A DNA stretch of 64,000 nucleotides. Origin: Anthoceros angustus (Eukaryota > Plantae > Anthocerotophyta). Position 1 is the stretch's first letter; each line of letters starts with the position of its first letter. Shown here one piece after another: positions 35,600 through 48,164 of the stretch. The notes under the pieces are model-generated. The model was not told the origin of the DNA. It ran no database searches and saw only the letters and a program-made list of their open reading frames with translations. The position numbers and the translations under genes are program-made. Location: positions 2,182,909-2,246,908 of the forward strand of contig MU008161.1 of the NCBI GenBank assembly GCA_010909165.1. The letters run 5' to 3'.

Positions 35600-38143
35600 T
35601 CGGCCTTGGCGGTTCTCAGAGGTTGACTTCCTGTGCACTTGTCATTTGTCCGATGTGGAGAAGGAGTATGAACTCGTGGGTGATGACACTAAGAACCTAG
35701 CGTGGTTGCTCTCCGCGGCGGTCACACTATGTTGCAACCAAACCGACATCCAGGATCCGCTCAACAGGTGGAGGCGCGAGTTTCGGCGTGGCCGGATGGA
35801 TGTTGATGCTAGTGCACCTGTGGATGATGAGTCGACCGAGCGGTGGTGGATGCAAGTTATGCCAGGTTCAAGCATGTGACGCTGGCGTGCGTACGCTTGG
35901 CTGCATTAGCGCCGCGTACGTCGCCGGTTGAAGCTTGCGGTCTTTGGGTGATGTGTCTCGTATTTCGCAAGATGCACATGCTCGCGGTGGAGGTAATCTG
36001 CTACTGTGCCATTCGTGTATCGTGTGGGGCCTTGTTAATGGGTGCTTGTGTCGCTCTTAACTCAAGCCTTTTGGTAAAGTGCGTCGTCATGGGGTGGCGC
36101 GAGCGTACGTCGATGATGGTATGCCATCGATGCGGTGGTGGATCACGATTATGCTGGGTTAGCTACAGGGATGTTGGCGGCTTGCGGTGATACTAGCTGA
36201 CCGCTTCTGCCAAATCTTGCATGCTCGGTTCAAGCTTGCGGTGCTGGGTGATGTGTCTGGTCGTACGCAAGATACATGCATGCTCGCGGTGGAGGTAATG
36301 ACGCTCTTTGTGCCATTCGTGTATCGTGTGGGGCCTTGTTAATGGGTGCTTGTCGCTCTTAACTCAAGCCTTTTTGGTAAAGTGCAGAGTCATGGGGGTA
36401 GTGTGCGTATAGCATGCTGATGATGGTATTGTGGCATGGCCCGTTCACCAGCAAGCCAACGGCAAGCATGGGCTGAACAGAAGCGTCGTCAGAGGGAAAA
36501 GCAGGCCCAAACAACTGCATCTGCAAACATCCAGCGGGTTATCGAGCACTTCATAACTGTATGAATCTTCTTTAATCCAACCTGACACACATGAGAAGGA
36601 AAACATCAGAATATGCTTGTACATGCCGTGCAGGCATGTGGCCTGTAATGGAGGCTCGGATCATGAAGCACGGTATAGCCGCTACAAATCCTTTTGGCCG
36701 AGCAGGCATTGACAAATTTGCTGAGAGATTTCGGAAGATATGGGGCAGGGAACCAAGTAAGGCAGAGGCGCGATGGGGGGCACATAATTCGGTGGAAAGG
36801 ATGCAGGTTATGGGATGCTCTTCGGTCGGCCCGGTAAGTGTATATTTTACTTGATTGCTTCTTCCTGAATGGCTACGTTGCACTTACATGGGTACTTGAT
36901 GTCCATCAGCAGATACCTTGGTTGGAACACCAGTTGAGGAGGAGGAGATCCCATTTCTTTGGAAGGAGGTTGGCATTTAACTTAGTAGAGGCGGTCATGG
37001 AAATGCAAATCGAAACACGGTTGACAATCATGTCAAGCTCAGAACAAGAGGCACAGAACAAGCGACATGTGGGATTGCTCTTGTTGGAGCTTCGTGTCTA
37101 TAAATTTAGTAGCGGACAGCATGTAGGTCATCCGTCTACCACGGAGCGAGTCCCCAGCAGGTGAAAAATTAGGATTTGCTCTTGTTCGGGCTTCTCATAT
37201 ATAAATTTGGTAGCGGACGACATGTAGGTCATCCGTCTACCACAGGAGAGTCTGTAGGTGAAAATTAGGATTGCTCTTGTTCGGGCTTCTCATATGTAAA
37301 TTTGGTAGCCAGGGCAGGTCATCCGTCTAACAGGATGGTCCATGGGTGGCTCACATAATCTCAGCTTGGAGGTGGCTCATGCACAAGTGTCCGGAGGAGC
37401 ATGGGCGGTGTGCATGAAATCTTCAACAGGCAAAAGGAAGCACGGTGCAAGGTCCAAGGAAGCTTGAGGCTCTAGGAAGGCGGGAGGCGTTCGAGCCGAG
37501 ATGTTTCATTTCGGCTTCTTGGTATACATAGTCTTAAGCCTTCATGGTCTTTCTTGTTGAGACTTAGTTATCAATCCCATATGTGGATCTATGGATACTA
37601 TGATCATGCGGTGATCATAAATAAAACCGTATCATAAGCGGTCAATTAAGCGTAAATTATAATGACATCTAACATGATCAGTTACCATGAAACTCTCACT
37701 AAAAGCTGGTTTGAACATGCAAGAATATACCATGCAAACATTAAAATATTCTTTATGCAGCCATGTTTTGTGGTATGTATCTGGGTCATGGAGGTCACCA
37801 TTGTCCAGTGCTGGCGTGTACGGGACAAAGCAGCGCCGTGCAGTCACCGTCTGACACTTACGGGCTCGAGCCGCCTGCTGCGATGTTCCGGTCGCGCCCG
37901 TCGGAAAAGCAGCGTCGTCTTGAGCCGGGTAGCTCAGTGCGGTCGCCCGCGGGCCGCGGGCGATCAGATCCATTCAGCACTAGTCGAACGGGACTGCGGT
38001 GTCCGGTGCGCCGTCTTTCACCTCTCCACGGCGTCCTCGAAAGACACTACAAAGGCGTGTTCGATCTTGGGAGCCGTCTTAAGAGGCCGCCATTGTCTTT
38101 GAGCGTCTTAATATGTCTCAAATAGCGGTGTTTTGTAGTAGTG
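35600..38143 (+). mobile_element. Decayed DNA transposon, possibly CACTA/EnSpm (TnpA-like fragment, internal repeats, CACTA-type end)
   Basis: NPFGRAGIDKFAERFRKIWGREPSKAE resembles Ptta/En/Spm proteins; ~300-bp and ~98-bp internal duplications; TTTTGTAGTAGTG end at ~38143. Confidence 0.4.
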
Positions 38144-38285
38144 ATGTTAATGGGACAAAGGCTGGTCACCGTCTCCGCATAAGCGGACTACGGAGAAGAT
38201 GAAGGCTTTCATCTCCTTCTTTTAAATGTTTTGTTTCCCCTACGGATTGTCGTATGAGCAATCAACGGGGCCATATCGTTGATCG

Positions 38286-39371
38286 TGTTAGAAAGCGAGT
38301 TATTCGAGGTTCGGTACATTAGAAATGGTGTGCTATGCATACATATATAGCCTTTGGCCTTGTCATACTCTCGATAGTATGAAACCCTATCTCGCTCTGG
38401 GATAATCCTATATACTTCTAGGACTTATACTCATAACTCTAATATGTGATGTGTTGCACCAATCCTATAGATTTCTAACACTCCCACTCAACACATCGCT
38501 ACTCTTTTAAGCCTAACATCTTGCTAAACTTAACGTGCTTCTCTAAAGTCAATCCTTTTGGTCAAAACATCTGAGGCATGTCCATGTGGGACAATACGCT
38601 AGCTCTATCTCCTTGGATTGAACTTTCTCTCGATGAAGTGATGCTTTACTTCAATGTGTTTTCCTTGCGTGAAAAGTAGCATTCTTTGCTAAGTAAATGC
38701 AACCTTGATTGTCGTTGAAGATGGTTGTTGCACCCTTACTTAAATCCCATTTCTTGAGCAATCGTCGTAGCCATATTGCTTCCATTGTTGCGTGAGATAT
38801 TGCCATGTACTCCGCTCAGAGGACAAAGCCATGGTGACGCCTACTACTCCATGAAATGGCTCCCCAAATAGCATAAATACATATCCTGGTAGACTTGCCA
38901 TCGACATCTCCATTGTCGAATCACAAAATCCAACCACCAGGCGTCTTCATGTCGATCCTTTTGGTATTGCAACTTCCAATGTTTTGTGCCGCGCAAGTAT
39001 CTCGAATATCCTCTTGATCGCTTGATAATCTTGTTGTCCGGGGTTGGCCAAGAATCGACTCACAACTCCCACTCTGCAATGTCGGGCCTTGTCCACATTG
39101 CCAAATATGTAAGCGATAACGGCACGTTGATAGAGAGTCTTATCTATCTTCTCTTTCTCCTTTTAGGTTGTAGGGCTCATGCTTCCATCGCCTTGCGCTT
39201 AATCTTGAATGTCCACTTTGATCCTATGCTCTTCCTTCCGTGAGGTAGAGGAGTGATTGCCCAAGTTTTGTTCTTGAGAAGAGTTATACTCACGTCACGG
39301 CTTCTTTCCACTCCTTTTGGTCCTTCCAATGCTTCCTTTAGGCTTTGTGGTTCGGCATCGCCAACCATGCC
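38286..39371 (-). mobile_element. Duplicated 3' portion (3' LTR, PPT, RNase H, RT remnant) of the adjacent Copia element
   Basis: LTR TGTTAG...TTTCTAACA at 38286-38480; sequence nearly repeats 39911-40990. Confidence 0.9.
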
Positions 39372-39910
39372 TTTAAAATATTCTTTGTGACCATGTTTTG
39401 TGGTATGTATACGGTCATGGAGTCACCATTGTCGGTCTGCGTGTAACGGACAAAGCGAGCCCGTGCGGCCACGGGGTCACCGTCGGCTTGCCAGGCTCGG
39501 GCACTTGCAGCTGCGATATTCGGTGCGCCCGTCTGAAGCAGCGTCGGTAATGCCGGTGGCTCGAGTCTGCGATCGCCGCGGGCCCGGGCGATCGGGTCCA
39601 TTGCAACCGCTAATCGAAGCGGACTGCTGTCCGGTGCGCCGTCTTTCACCTCTCTCGGCGTCCTCGAAAGACACTACAAAGGCGTGTTACGATCTTGGGA
39701 GCCGTCTTAAAGGCCGCCATCTTCTTCGGGCGTCTTAATATGTCTCAAATAGCGGTGTTTTGTAGTAGTGATGTGTCCGGACAAAGGCTGGTCACCGTCT
39801 CACTGCAAGCGGACTACGGAGAAGATGAAGGCTTTCATCTCCTTCTTTCTGAAATGTTTTGTTTCCCCTACGGGTTATATGAGCAATCAAGCAGGCCATA
39901 TCGTTGATCG

Positions 39911-42900
39911 TGTTAGCAGTTATTCCAGTTGATACATTAGAAATGGTGTGCTATGCATACATATATAGCCTTTGGCCTTGTCATACTCTCGATAGTATGA
40001 AACCCTATCTCGCTCTGGGATAATCCTATATACTTCTAGGACTTATACTCATAACTCTAATATGTGATGTGTTGCACCAATCCTATAGATTTCTAACACT
40101 CCCACTCAACACATCGCTACTCTTTTAAGCCTAACATCTTGCTAAACTTAACGTGCTTCTCTAAAGTCAATCCTTTTGGTCAAAACATCTGAGGCATGTC
40201 CATGTGGGACAATACGCTAGCTCTATCTCCTTGGATTGAACTTTCTCTCGATGAAGTGATGCTTTACTTCAATGTGTTTTCCTTGCGTGAAAAGTAGCAT
40301 TCTTTGCTAAGTAAATGCAACCTTGATTGTCGTTGAAGATGGTTGTTGCACCCTTACTTAAATCCCATTTCTTGAGCAATCGTCGTAGCCATATTGCTTC
40401 CATTGTTGCGGCGATATTGCCATGTACTCCGCTCAGAGGACAAAGCCATGGTGACGCCTACTACTCCATGAAATGGCTCCCCAAATAGCATAAATACATA
40501 TCCTGTGGTAGACTTGCGATCGACATCTCCATTGTCAATCAAAAATCCAACCACCAGGCGTCTTCATGTCGATCCTTTTGGTATTGCAACTTCCAATGTT
40601 TTGTGCAGCATAGTATCTGAATATCCTCTTGATTTGATAATCTTGTTGTCCGGGGTTGGCCAAGAATCGACTCACAACTCCCACTCTGCAATGTGCCTTG
40701 TCCACATTGCCAAATATGTAAGCGATAACGGCACGTTGATAGAGAGTCTTATCTATCTTCTCTTTCTCCTTTTAGGTTGTAGGGCTCATGCTTCCATCGC
40801 CTTGCGCTTAATCTTGAATGTCCACTTTGATCCTATGCTCTTCCTTCCGTGAGGTAGAGGAGTGATTGCCCAAGTTTTGTTCTTGAGAAGAGAGTTATAC
40901 TCACGTCACGGCTTCTTTCCACTCCTTTGCCTTTTGGTCCTTCCAATGCTTCCTTAGGCTTTGTGGTTCGGCATCGCCAACCATGCCTCCTCATACACAC
41001 ATGCATTCATGGATTCCAAGATCTTCTGAAGGTTTCCATTGTCGTTGATCTTCTCAAGATTGGTTGTCTCTCTCGAATACTTGAGCTTCCTCTTCTTCGT
41101 CAATTACGACAATGCTTTGATCTTCATCTACTTCTCCATCGCGTGAATTTCCCTTTCTCCCCTCTATGTCGCATTGTTGAGAAGGTTCGTTGAGCTCAGG
41201 CGGTTGCTCAAGAGTGTCATCATAGTCGAATCCTCATGGTCGTCAACATACGTCGGATCCTTCATGATAACCGGGGTTGGAGCTCCCACTCCTTTGATGG
41301 GTTCCACAACCTCATTAAATACAACGTCCACTAAAATGATCTTCTTCCTTGAAAGATCATACAACCGGTAGCCCTTAATCTCGAAGAGTATCCAAGCATA
41401 AGGCACTTCACGCCTTTTGGATCCCATTTTGTTCGGGTTTGCTTGAACGTGAGCATAAACCACAACCAAAGATCCTCAAATGGCTTATGTCGGACGGCGA
41501 GACCACGCTTCCTCCGGTCATTCCAACAATAGCTTTGGTTGGAACTCGATTCAAAACATAGGTTCATGTAATGACCTCACCCCAAAACGTACTTCCAAGC
41601 CACTATGATGTAACATGCATTTAGTCCAGACTCCTAAGTTTGCTCCCACTCCATTTTGCTCCGGTGTGAGGGATGGTTAGTTGCCTTCCAATTCCATGCT
41701 CCTTGCAAAAGCGTTGGAAGTTAGTGGAGATGTATTCACCTCCGTTGTCACTCATAAAGTCTTGACGTTGTCCACTTCGTTCTCTCCACCATGGCTTTCC
41801 ATTCCTTGAAGAGTGTAAATACCGGATTTCTCCTTCATAAGATATGTCCAGTCTTCCTAGTGAAATCATCCACAAACACCGAATGTAGCGGGCTCCGCCA
41901 TGAGTGGATTTTATTTTCACCACACACATGTGTGTACCAACTCTAGCGCCATCTTTGCTCGTCATGCAATCTTTGGGAACTTAGTTCGGTGTAGCTTTCC
42001 CATTATGCACCCTTGGCATAAGCGGCTCACCCACTTCTTTCAAATCCAAGCGTAACCATATGTTGGTTCTTCATCAACTTCATTGTCCACACCAATGTGC
42101 CCTAGACGTTGATGCCATAAATCAATAGATCCAATGCTATTTTTTTCATAAAGGTGCAAGCTTGCCTTCCACGAAACTTTGTACAAATTTCCTACGGACG
42201 CCTAGCAATCACTTTAGCATTCGATAACTCGAGTTTCAGTTGGATCAAATCCTTTTGGAATTGAACACAACCTCATGACATCGGCAATTTTTGCGGAAAG
42301 AAGATTCCTCGCAAGATGAGGCACATGATGCACGTCTTAATACACCTCCCGGAAGATGGACTCGTAACACTCCTCTTCCCTTGATGTCATGTGACCTATT
42401 GTCACCAAGCGCCTATGCCCCTCGCAATACCTCGTAGCTTGAGAACCAAGGAAGGTTATAAGCGAAATCTTTGGGATGCACCGAGTCAAGGTACAAACTC
42501 TCATCCTTCTTTGATGAAGTCGCTTGATCTCTTTCGGTGAAGCACGCCAAGATGTGTTCTTGGTCCTTCTCGGACTTGATTAGCTTGGGATGATTTTCTT
42601 CAAGTCCGCCAATCTTATTTTCTGATCCTTTGCGTGATTGGGCTTCCGCATAATAACAAAAGCCTTTCACCTTTCTCTTTGCATCTATCCTTGTCCCTTC
42701 TAGAGACTTGGCTTGGTCTTCCACCGTGATGTGCTCTTCTTGAGAAGAGTGCCAAGCCTTCGCTGCCTTGTGTCCGGAAAGAACCATCAAGCTCCTCTTG
42801 TAGGAGTAATCTAACCACCTCATCAAAGGTTGGTTGATTGTCACTTGACGCATCGCTACGGATGCCCTATAAGACAATAAAATTGCCTACATGATGGTGG

Positions 42901-43703
42901 CAAACTACTCACGGTGATCACCTTACCCTCAAGGTTTGATCTCGCCTCCCTCATTTGATCAACCAAGCTTTTCAACTTGTTGACATGTTGTTGAACGGTG
43001 TCGCCTCACCATCTTGAAGTTGGAGAATTGACTTTCCAAGCATTTCGCTCACAATGCTCTTCTTCTCAGCGTTGTGCAAAGAATTTTCCATGCATCCTGA
43101 AGAGACACACTCGCTCAATTGTGAGAGAATGTCATCCGACACATTCAGATAATATTAGCCAAGGCTTTCGCATCCTTGTCTATATCCTTTTCGAGCGCCA
43201 TCCTGAAGTCCATTTTCCACAAACTTCCACAATCCTCTGTCAATGAGAAGAGATTTTAGCTTCAACTTCCATAATGTGAAGTTCCCGCCATCAAACTTCT
43301 CCACTTGACGCGTAGTCTCCATATGCACACCTCAAAGCTATGCAAAGACAAGACAAAAGTTCCTCGCACCAAAACTACTACCAAGCTTCACAAATTGCAA
43401 GCGAGCTTTCACGGACACTTAGTCGCATAACTACAAACAATGCAATAGAAGACAAGTGGCAAGAGTCCACGGTGGTGGTGCAGTACGCATCTCTGAACCA
43501 TGCTCGATACCATGTTAGAAAGCGAATTCCAGTTTATACATTAGAAATGGTGTGCTATGCATACATATATAGCCTTTGGCCTTGTCATACTCTCGATAGT
43601 ATGAAACCCTATCTCGCTCCTGGGATAATCCTATATACTTCTGGGACTTATACTCATAACTCTAATATGTGATGTGTTGCACCAATCCTATAGATTTCTA
43701 ACA
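39911..43703 (-). mobile_element. Ty1/Copia LTR retrotransposon, 3.8 kb, with RT core deleted
   Basis: LTRs at 39911-40098 and 43513-43703; 5-bp TSD GATCG on both sides; Met-PBS-like TGGTATCGAGC; PPT; gag METTRQVEKFDGGNFTLWKLK; LWHQRLGH; integrase MSDNGGEY; RNase H DRKSTTGYVF. Confidence 0.95.
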
Positions 43704-44086
43704 GATCGTCTATATGTTGGACTGTCACATGTTGAGAAGCTAAGCCAATGATTGAGCACCGGTTGATTCTGTTCCAGGAGTAATGCAAGGGACTCTGCAT
43801 CTACGAGCCCTGCGTGTTTTGCGGTGTACCCCAACTTTGTTGTTCCTTCCACTAGAGCAGGCAACCATGGCCATATGCTTTGCTAGCTTGTGCTCACTTG
43901 AACTGTTTGCTGCAGTCGATCACTTTAATGTTCCTCCCATTTGACAAGCAATTACTCGCCTCAGGCTGGGCCTGGCGGGACGGGCCTTCAAGTTCAAAGG
44001 CAGCTACATCCGCTTTGCTGCGGCTTCCAGCAAGAAAAATCTAAATTCAAAGGAGTCTTGAGTTTAAATGTCAAATTGGAGTTTCA

Positions 44087-44161
44087 ACGAACGTTCAACA
44101 GTGATCGCGCCTGCAGATGTTGGGTTTGTCGTCAACTTTTCCTTTCATGCATGTATTGTCT
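44087..44161. repeat. ~75-bp dispersed repeat, copy A (copy B at 47941-48016)
   Basis: AACGAACGTTCAA.AGTGATCGCGCCTGCAGATGTTGGGTTTGTCGTCA.CTTTTCCTTTCATGCATGTATTGTCT. Confidence 0.9.
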
Positions 44162-44700
44162 TTGAGAGGCATACATTCGCATAACGTGGTTGTACAGGAA
44201 TGTGTCCGTATATCTCTTCTTGACAAGAACATGAACACGGCGACCCAGACTCTGCTTCATCCCACATCGTCTAAGCACAGCAGAAAGCATAGACCTTGGA
44301 ATAGGAGATCTTGTCTGCCCCAGATCCTCCAGAGCTTCCACTGCCTCACTAAGCTTCCCCTGCTGACATAGACTCCTTAAGGGTTCACCAATTTCGTATC
44401 CTGCACTGCTGCGGGCCAGGAATACCCGGCAACCTGGGCGTAGATGCATTCGCACCACGACGCTTCTGCTCATCTAGTAGAGCAGCCAGCTCCATATCCA
44501 CCCAAGGTGGCTTGTGCAAGCTCTTCAGCCGCAGAACGTCGCTGGACTCCTTATGACGGAAGTCAGGAGAACCGGACTTCTTGCCATGTTGCCTGTTGTC
44601 CCACCAAAGTGTATGGTCCAGAAAAACTGTCGCCACAACAGCTCCTGCCGCCCACCCTCGCTCGAAGACAGCACGACCTCCTAAACGGTCTCTTGGGCTA
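44162..44700 (-). pseudogene. Truncated, frameshifted paralog of the PLS PPR N-terminus
   Basis: LRSLCQQGKLSEAVEAL...DTFLYNHVMRMYA matches LSKICQQGHITEAVEAL...DTFLCNNIMRMYA of 27201-30677. Confidence 0.85.
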
Positions 44701-45209
44701 CGAACTGAGCTCGTTGTAAGGCTCCTGGCCCTGGGAGCTTGACGTTTCTTTGTCAAATCCAGGAAAGGTGTTGCCACAACAGGCCTAGCCTCCTCTGCGA
44801 GAATGAAGTGCAACCTTCAGGGAGGCCTGATTCGAAGAATCATGCGCTAGAGCTATGGGAGAAATCAAGCCTCCTGGACCCATGTACCCACACCAATATA
44901 CTGCTCAATACAAATATATGAAAACTGGCAAGCAATTGTGCAGAGAGTCCGTTTCGTGTTCGATGCTTCTATTATGCATGACAAGCTTCCAGGATTGGTA
45001 GGAGTGTGATCGCACATTAGAAGGTTTTGGTCACCACCAAAGTTGTGCCATGTGCAGTGTTCAGAAGACCGTATGTAAGAGCAAGTTTCTCAGCGTGTCC
45101 ACACAAGGCAGTTATGAATTTTGTACCTGTTCCTCACAACATGGCACCAGGTTTATTTCCGCGGCGATGTTGCATATGCTTCGTTTTACCCTTTTCTATT
45201 ACTAAAAAC

Positions 45210-45600
45210 TAGTGGTAGCACAGCCCTCCCTTTTGTTGTAGTGAAAATGTGTATCATAAAGTCGTACGTCGTCTAGTTGGATCACTTCATCGCAGGAGCA
45301 TGCTGCAATATGGAGAACCACCAACTCATCGAGATCCATTTCACTGGAAATCTTCCTCGTCTGGCCACTGAATTCCTCCTCTGAATCCAGGAATTCGAAG
45401 ATGGGAAACGGATCCGATATATGCCAAAGACCTGGAAGTTGGTTTCCTTTTGAACTTTGTTTTGGAGCATCATTCAGACAGCTAGGAAGATATAGATTGA
45501 AATGGATCTCGATCAGTGGGCGGACCTCAATACGACTGCAGTGCTCCTGCAATGAAGTTCGAGTTAGACGACATGTGTGACAAAACTCGGTCCTTGGCTT
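45210..45600 (-). pseudogene. Unidentified coding-like fragment
   Basis: Protein-like stretch LQEHCSRIEVRPLIEIHF...PGLWHISDPFPIFEF; family not recognised. Confidence 0.3.
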
Positions 45601-46310
45601 CCATCTGCTGTCGGCCTCCACGCTGTCCCTGGCTGCCATCTGCTGTCTGCCTCCGCTATGCATAGATCATCCATGCCTATGCGGAATGTATAGAAAAAGT
45701 CAAGAAAGAGAATGGCAGCAGGCCTAGGCTTGTGACTGCAAAACCTGCTCCCTAATTGATAGAGGTTTTCAGCACCCACGGATGAAGCCACGCTGTTCTG
45801 CCTGAAGACGAATACCAGAAGACTCGAGAGAAAAGGCGATCCTGCAGCCCGGACAGAAAAACACAAACAACGCGGACAAGGAAAAGTATATTAGGCCTAG
45901 CAAACTCCTAGGACAATAATATTCCGATGGGACGGAAACATATACATCTATCTGGCCTGGCCTGCAAACTCTTGTGCGAAAGTACAATTGGCACCTACCT
46001 TGAGCCTCTCGGCTCTCTGCAAATTGAACTCTCTGAAAAAGCCCTGACCTATGCTACCAATACTGTAATATGCCAAGGACAGGTTCGACAGCCACAGCCA
46101 AATTACCTTCTTTTTGTGGGCTCGTGATGAATGTCAACAACCACGTCCTAAGGCTGCTCGTGAGCACTTATGCTTGAAGTGCAGTGGTGAAGAGATTCTT
46201 TCCAATTGCAGGGGCATGACTTCAGGTGGGCGGTGCTCCTCCTTGCTTGAGCTCACTGCATCATCAACCAACCACAATCTCGATATTATATTGGCAAAGC
46301 GATTCACACA

Positions 46311-46815
46311 ACTCAGGCTAGGCTTGCAAAGCAGTCCGTCGAGGAGCTGTGGTACATACATCCGCAAGGCTCTCAAGAAACAGCCATACCTGATGAGGAT
46401 GGGGATGGTTGATGACCGTTTTGCAGTGGTGGACCCGATTGAGGTGCGACCTTCATTCCTCCACGTTCCTCATGTCCAGGCAACCTCCGTCGCAAAGCTC
46501 TGCAGTTGTCAAGCAGCTGATCGTCCCTCCTGGACATGACGTTTCTATCGCAACACGGCTCCACCATCTCGTGATTCACGACTCAGGCTAGGGTTACAGC
46601 AGTCATTCGACGAGCTATACATCCATCCGCAACGCTCTCAAGAAACAGCCCTTCCGGTACTGATGAGGATCGGGCGAGATCCTTGATGGGCGTGTTTGCA
46701 GTGGTGCACCCGATCGTCGGTGCCAGCTTCATTCGTCCACATTCCTCATGTCTAACCAAATCTGCCGAAAAGCTCTAAAGTTTGGACATGACGTGTCTAC
46801 CGCAACACCATCTCC
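46311..46815. repeat. Diverged ~270-bp tandem doublet
   Basis: CTCAGGCTAGG...CATCCGCAA.GCTCTCAAGAAACAGCC...GGACATGACGT appears twice. Confidence 0.75.
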
Positions 46816-47181
46816 ATCGCTCCCGCCATCGGTTCGACACAACCGCAAGTCTCATCTGCCGGAGCGTGGAGTGGCAGGCCCCGGACGCCCAAGCTATGTA
46901 GTAAAACAACTCGCTTTCTGCGAAGTCTTATGTTTGTATCGAGTTAGTTAGTTAGTCAGTTAGGGTTTTGTTCATGTTTATTAAAATTACTCATCATCTG
47001 ACCTAGATGATTTGGATAAGTTATTATTTGTATATATCTACTATAAATATTGAATTTCTATTTTAATTTATATATTTTAATATTTGAACTTTTAAATAAA
47101 ATATAGTAGTTATTTTTATATTTCTAAAATTAACTTTTTACAAAACATTATGCTCACACTCCATACAGGTTTCATGGGCTG

Positions 47182-47230
47182 GGGTTTAGGGTTTAGGGTT
47201 TAGGGTTTAGGGTTTAGGTTTAGGGTTTAG
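47182..47230. repeat. Interstitial plant telomeric repeat, (TTTAGGG) x ~6-7
   Basis: Direct reading of the sequence. Confidence 0.95.
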
Positions 47231-47269
47231 TTTTTGGTTGTACGTCGTAACATCTCCTACGAGACACAA

Positions 47270-47700
47270 GGATGCAAGCATGTTCACAAGTACTGTGATG
47301 TAGAAAGGCCATGCCTTCATACCCTTTGCCATTGAGACTCATGGGGTCATGGGCAAGGATTTCTCCAAGTTCATCAAGGCTTGTGCTAAAGCCTACCACA
47401 AGAAGAATGAGGTTGGTTTCTCCTTCTTGTGTGGTGGCTTTCTTTTAGCAATGGGTGTCCATCACCCTACGGATCTGCATTGGCCAACATTGCAAGACGG
47501 CACCTATGGCAAGGAACGTGGCATCTTCGACACCAGTGGTAGCTAGGCCCTTTTTTTTCCCGGACCATGACATTCTTGGCGCTATAGGTAGCTTCGAGAT
47601 AAGAGATCACGAGGGCTAGTCCTCCTTGGCCTGGTGTCCTCTAGAGGGTTGTTCCTCTTAGAGTAGATGGGTTTTTCCATCTTTTTTTACATAAAGTATA
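47270..47700 (+). mobile_element. RLE-type (CRE-like) non-LTR retrotransposon 3' remnant
   Basis: HKYCD..KGHAFIPFAIETHGVMGKDFSKFIKACA...FF*QWVSITL, followed by a T-rich tail shared with ~4.0 kb. Confidence 0.65.
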
Positions 47701-48164
47701 TTGCCGTGAGGCAACATAGCTCCATGGCCACATTAGGTCATGGCTCATGTGAGAGTCTCGAACCACGAAGCTTCACGGTTCGGATAAGCCTCCAAAATAG
47801 GCATATCACTTAAACAAGTATTTAACAAGCTGCAAAATAAGCTTATTGGCTAACTACCAAAGCAGCAAAGTAAAAGAAGAACTAGGCAAAATCCTAATCC
47901 GGACATTAAAATCCTAATTGAAACTCTAATTTGACATTTGAACGAACGTTCAATAGTGATCGCGCCTGCAGATGTTGGGTTTGTCGTCACCTTTTCCTTT
48001 CATGCATGTATTGTCTGAAACTTGCATCGATCGAAAGATTCCGAGGTGCCTTAGGCCCGAGCTGCTGAAGTTCCGGAGCATGTGGGAGATGTGGAGGTCG
48101 TCGGGCCTCTTCCCCTTGATGGAAAGCATCACACCTTTTCTCAATTCGATGATTGGACCAGATG

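Noticed and set aside
38045-38143. Possible 100-bp CACTA MITE (CACTACAAA...TTGTAGTAGTG)
   Set aside because: The ends match imperfectly and there is no 3-bp TSD; kept only as a terminal remnant.
47182-47230. True chromosome end
   Set aside because: The tract is ~50 bp with unique sequence on both sides, so it is interstitial.
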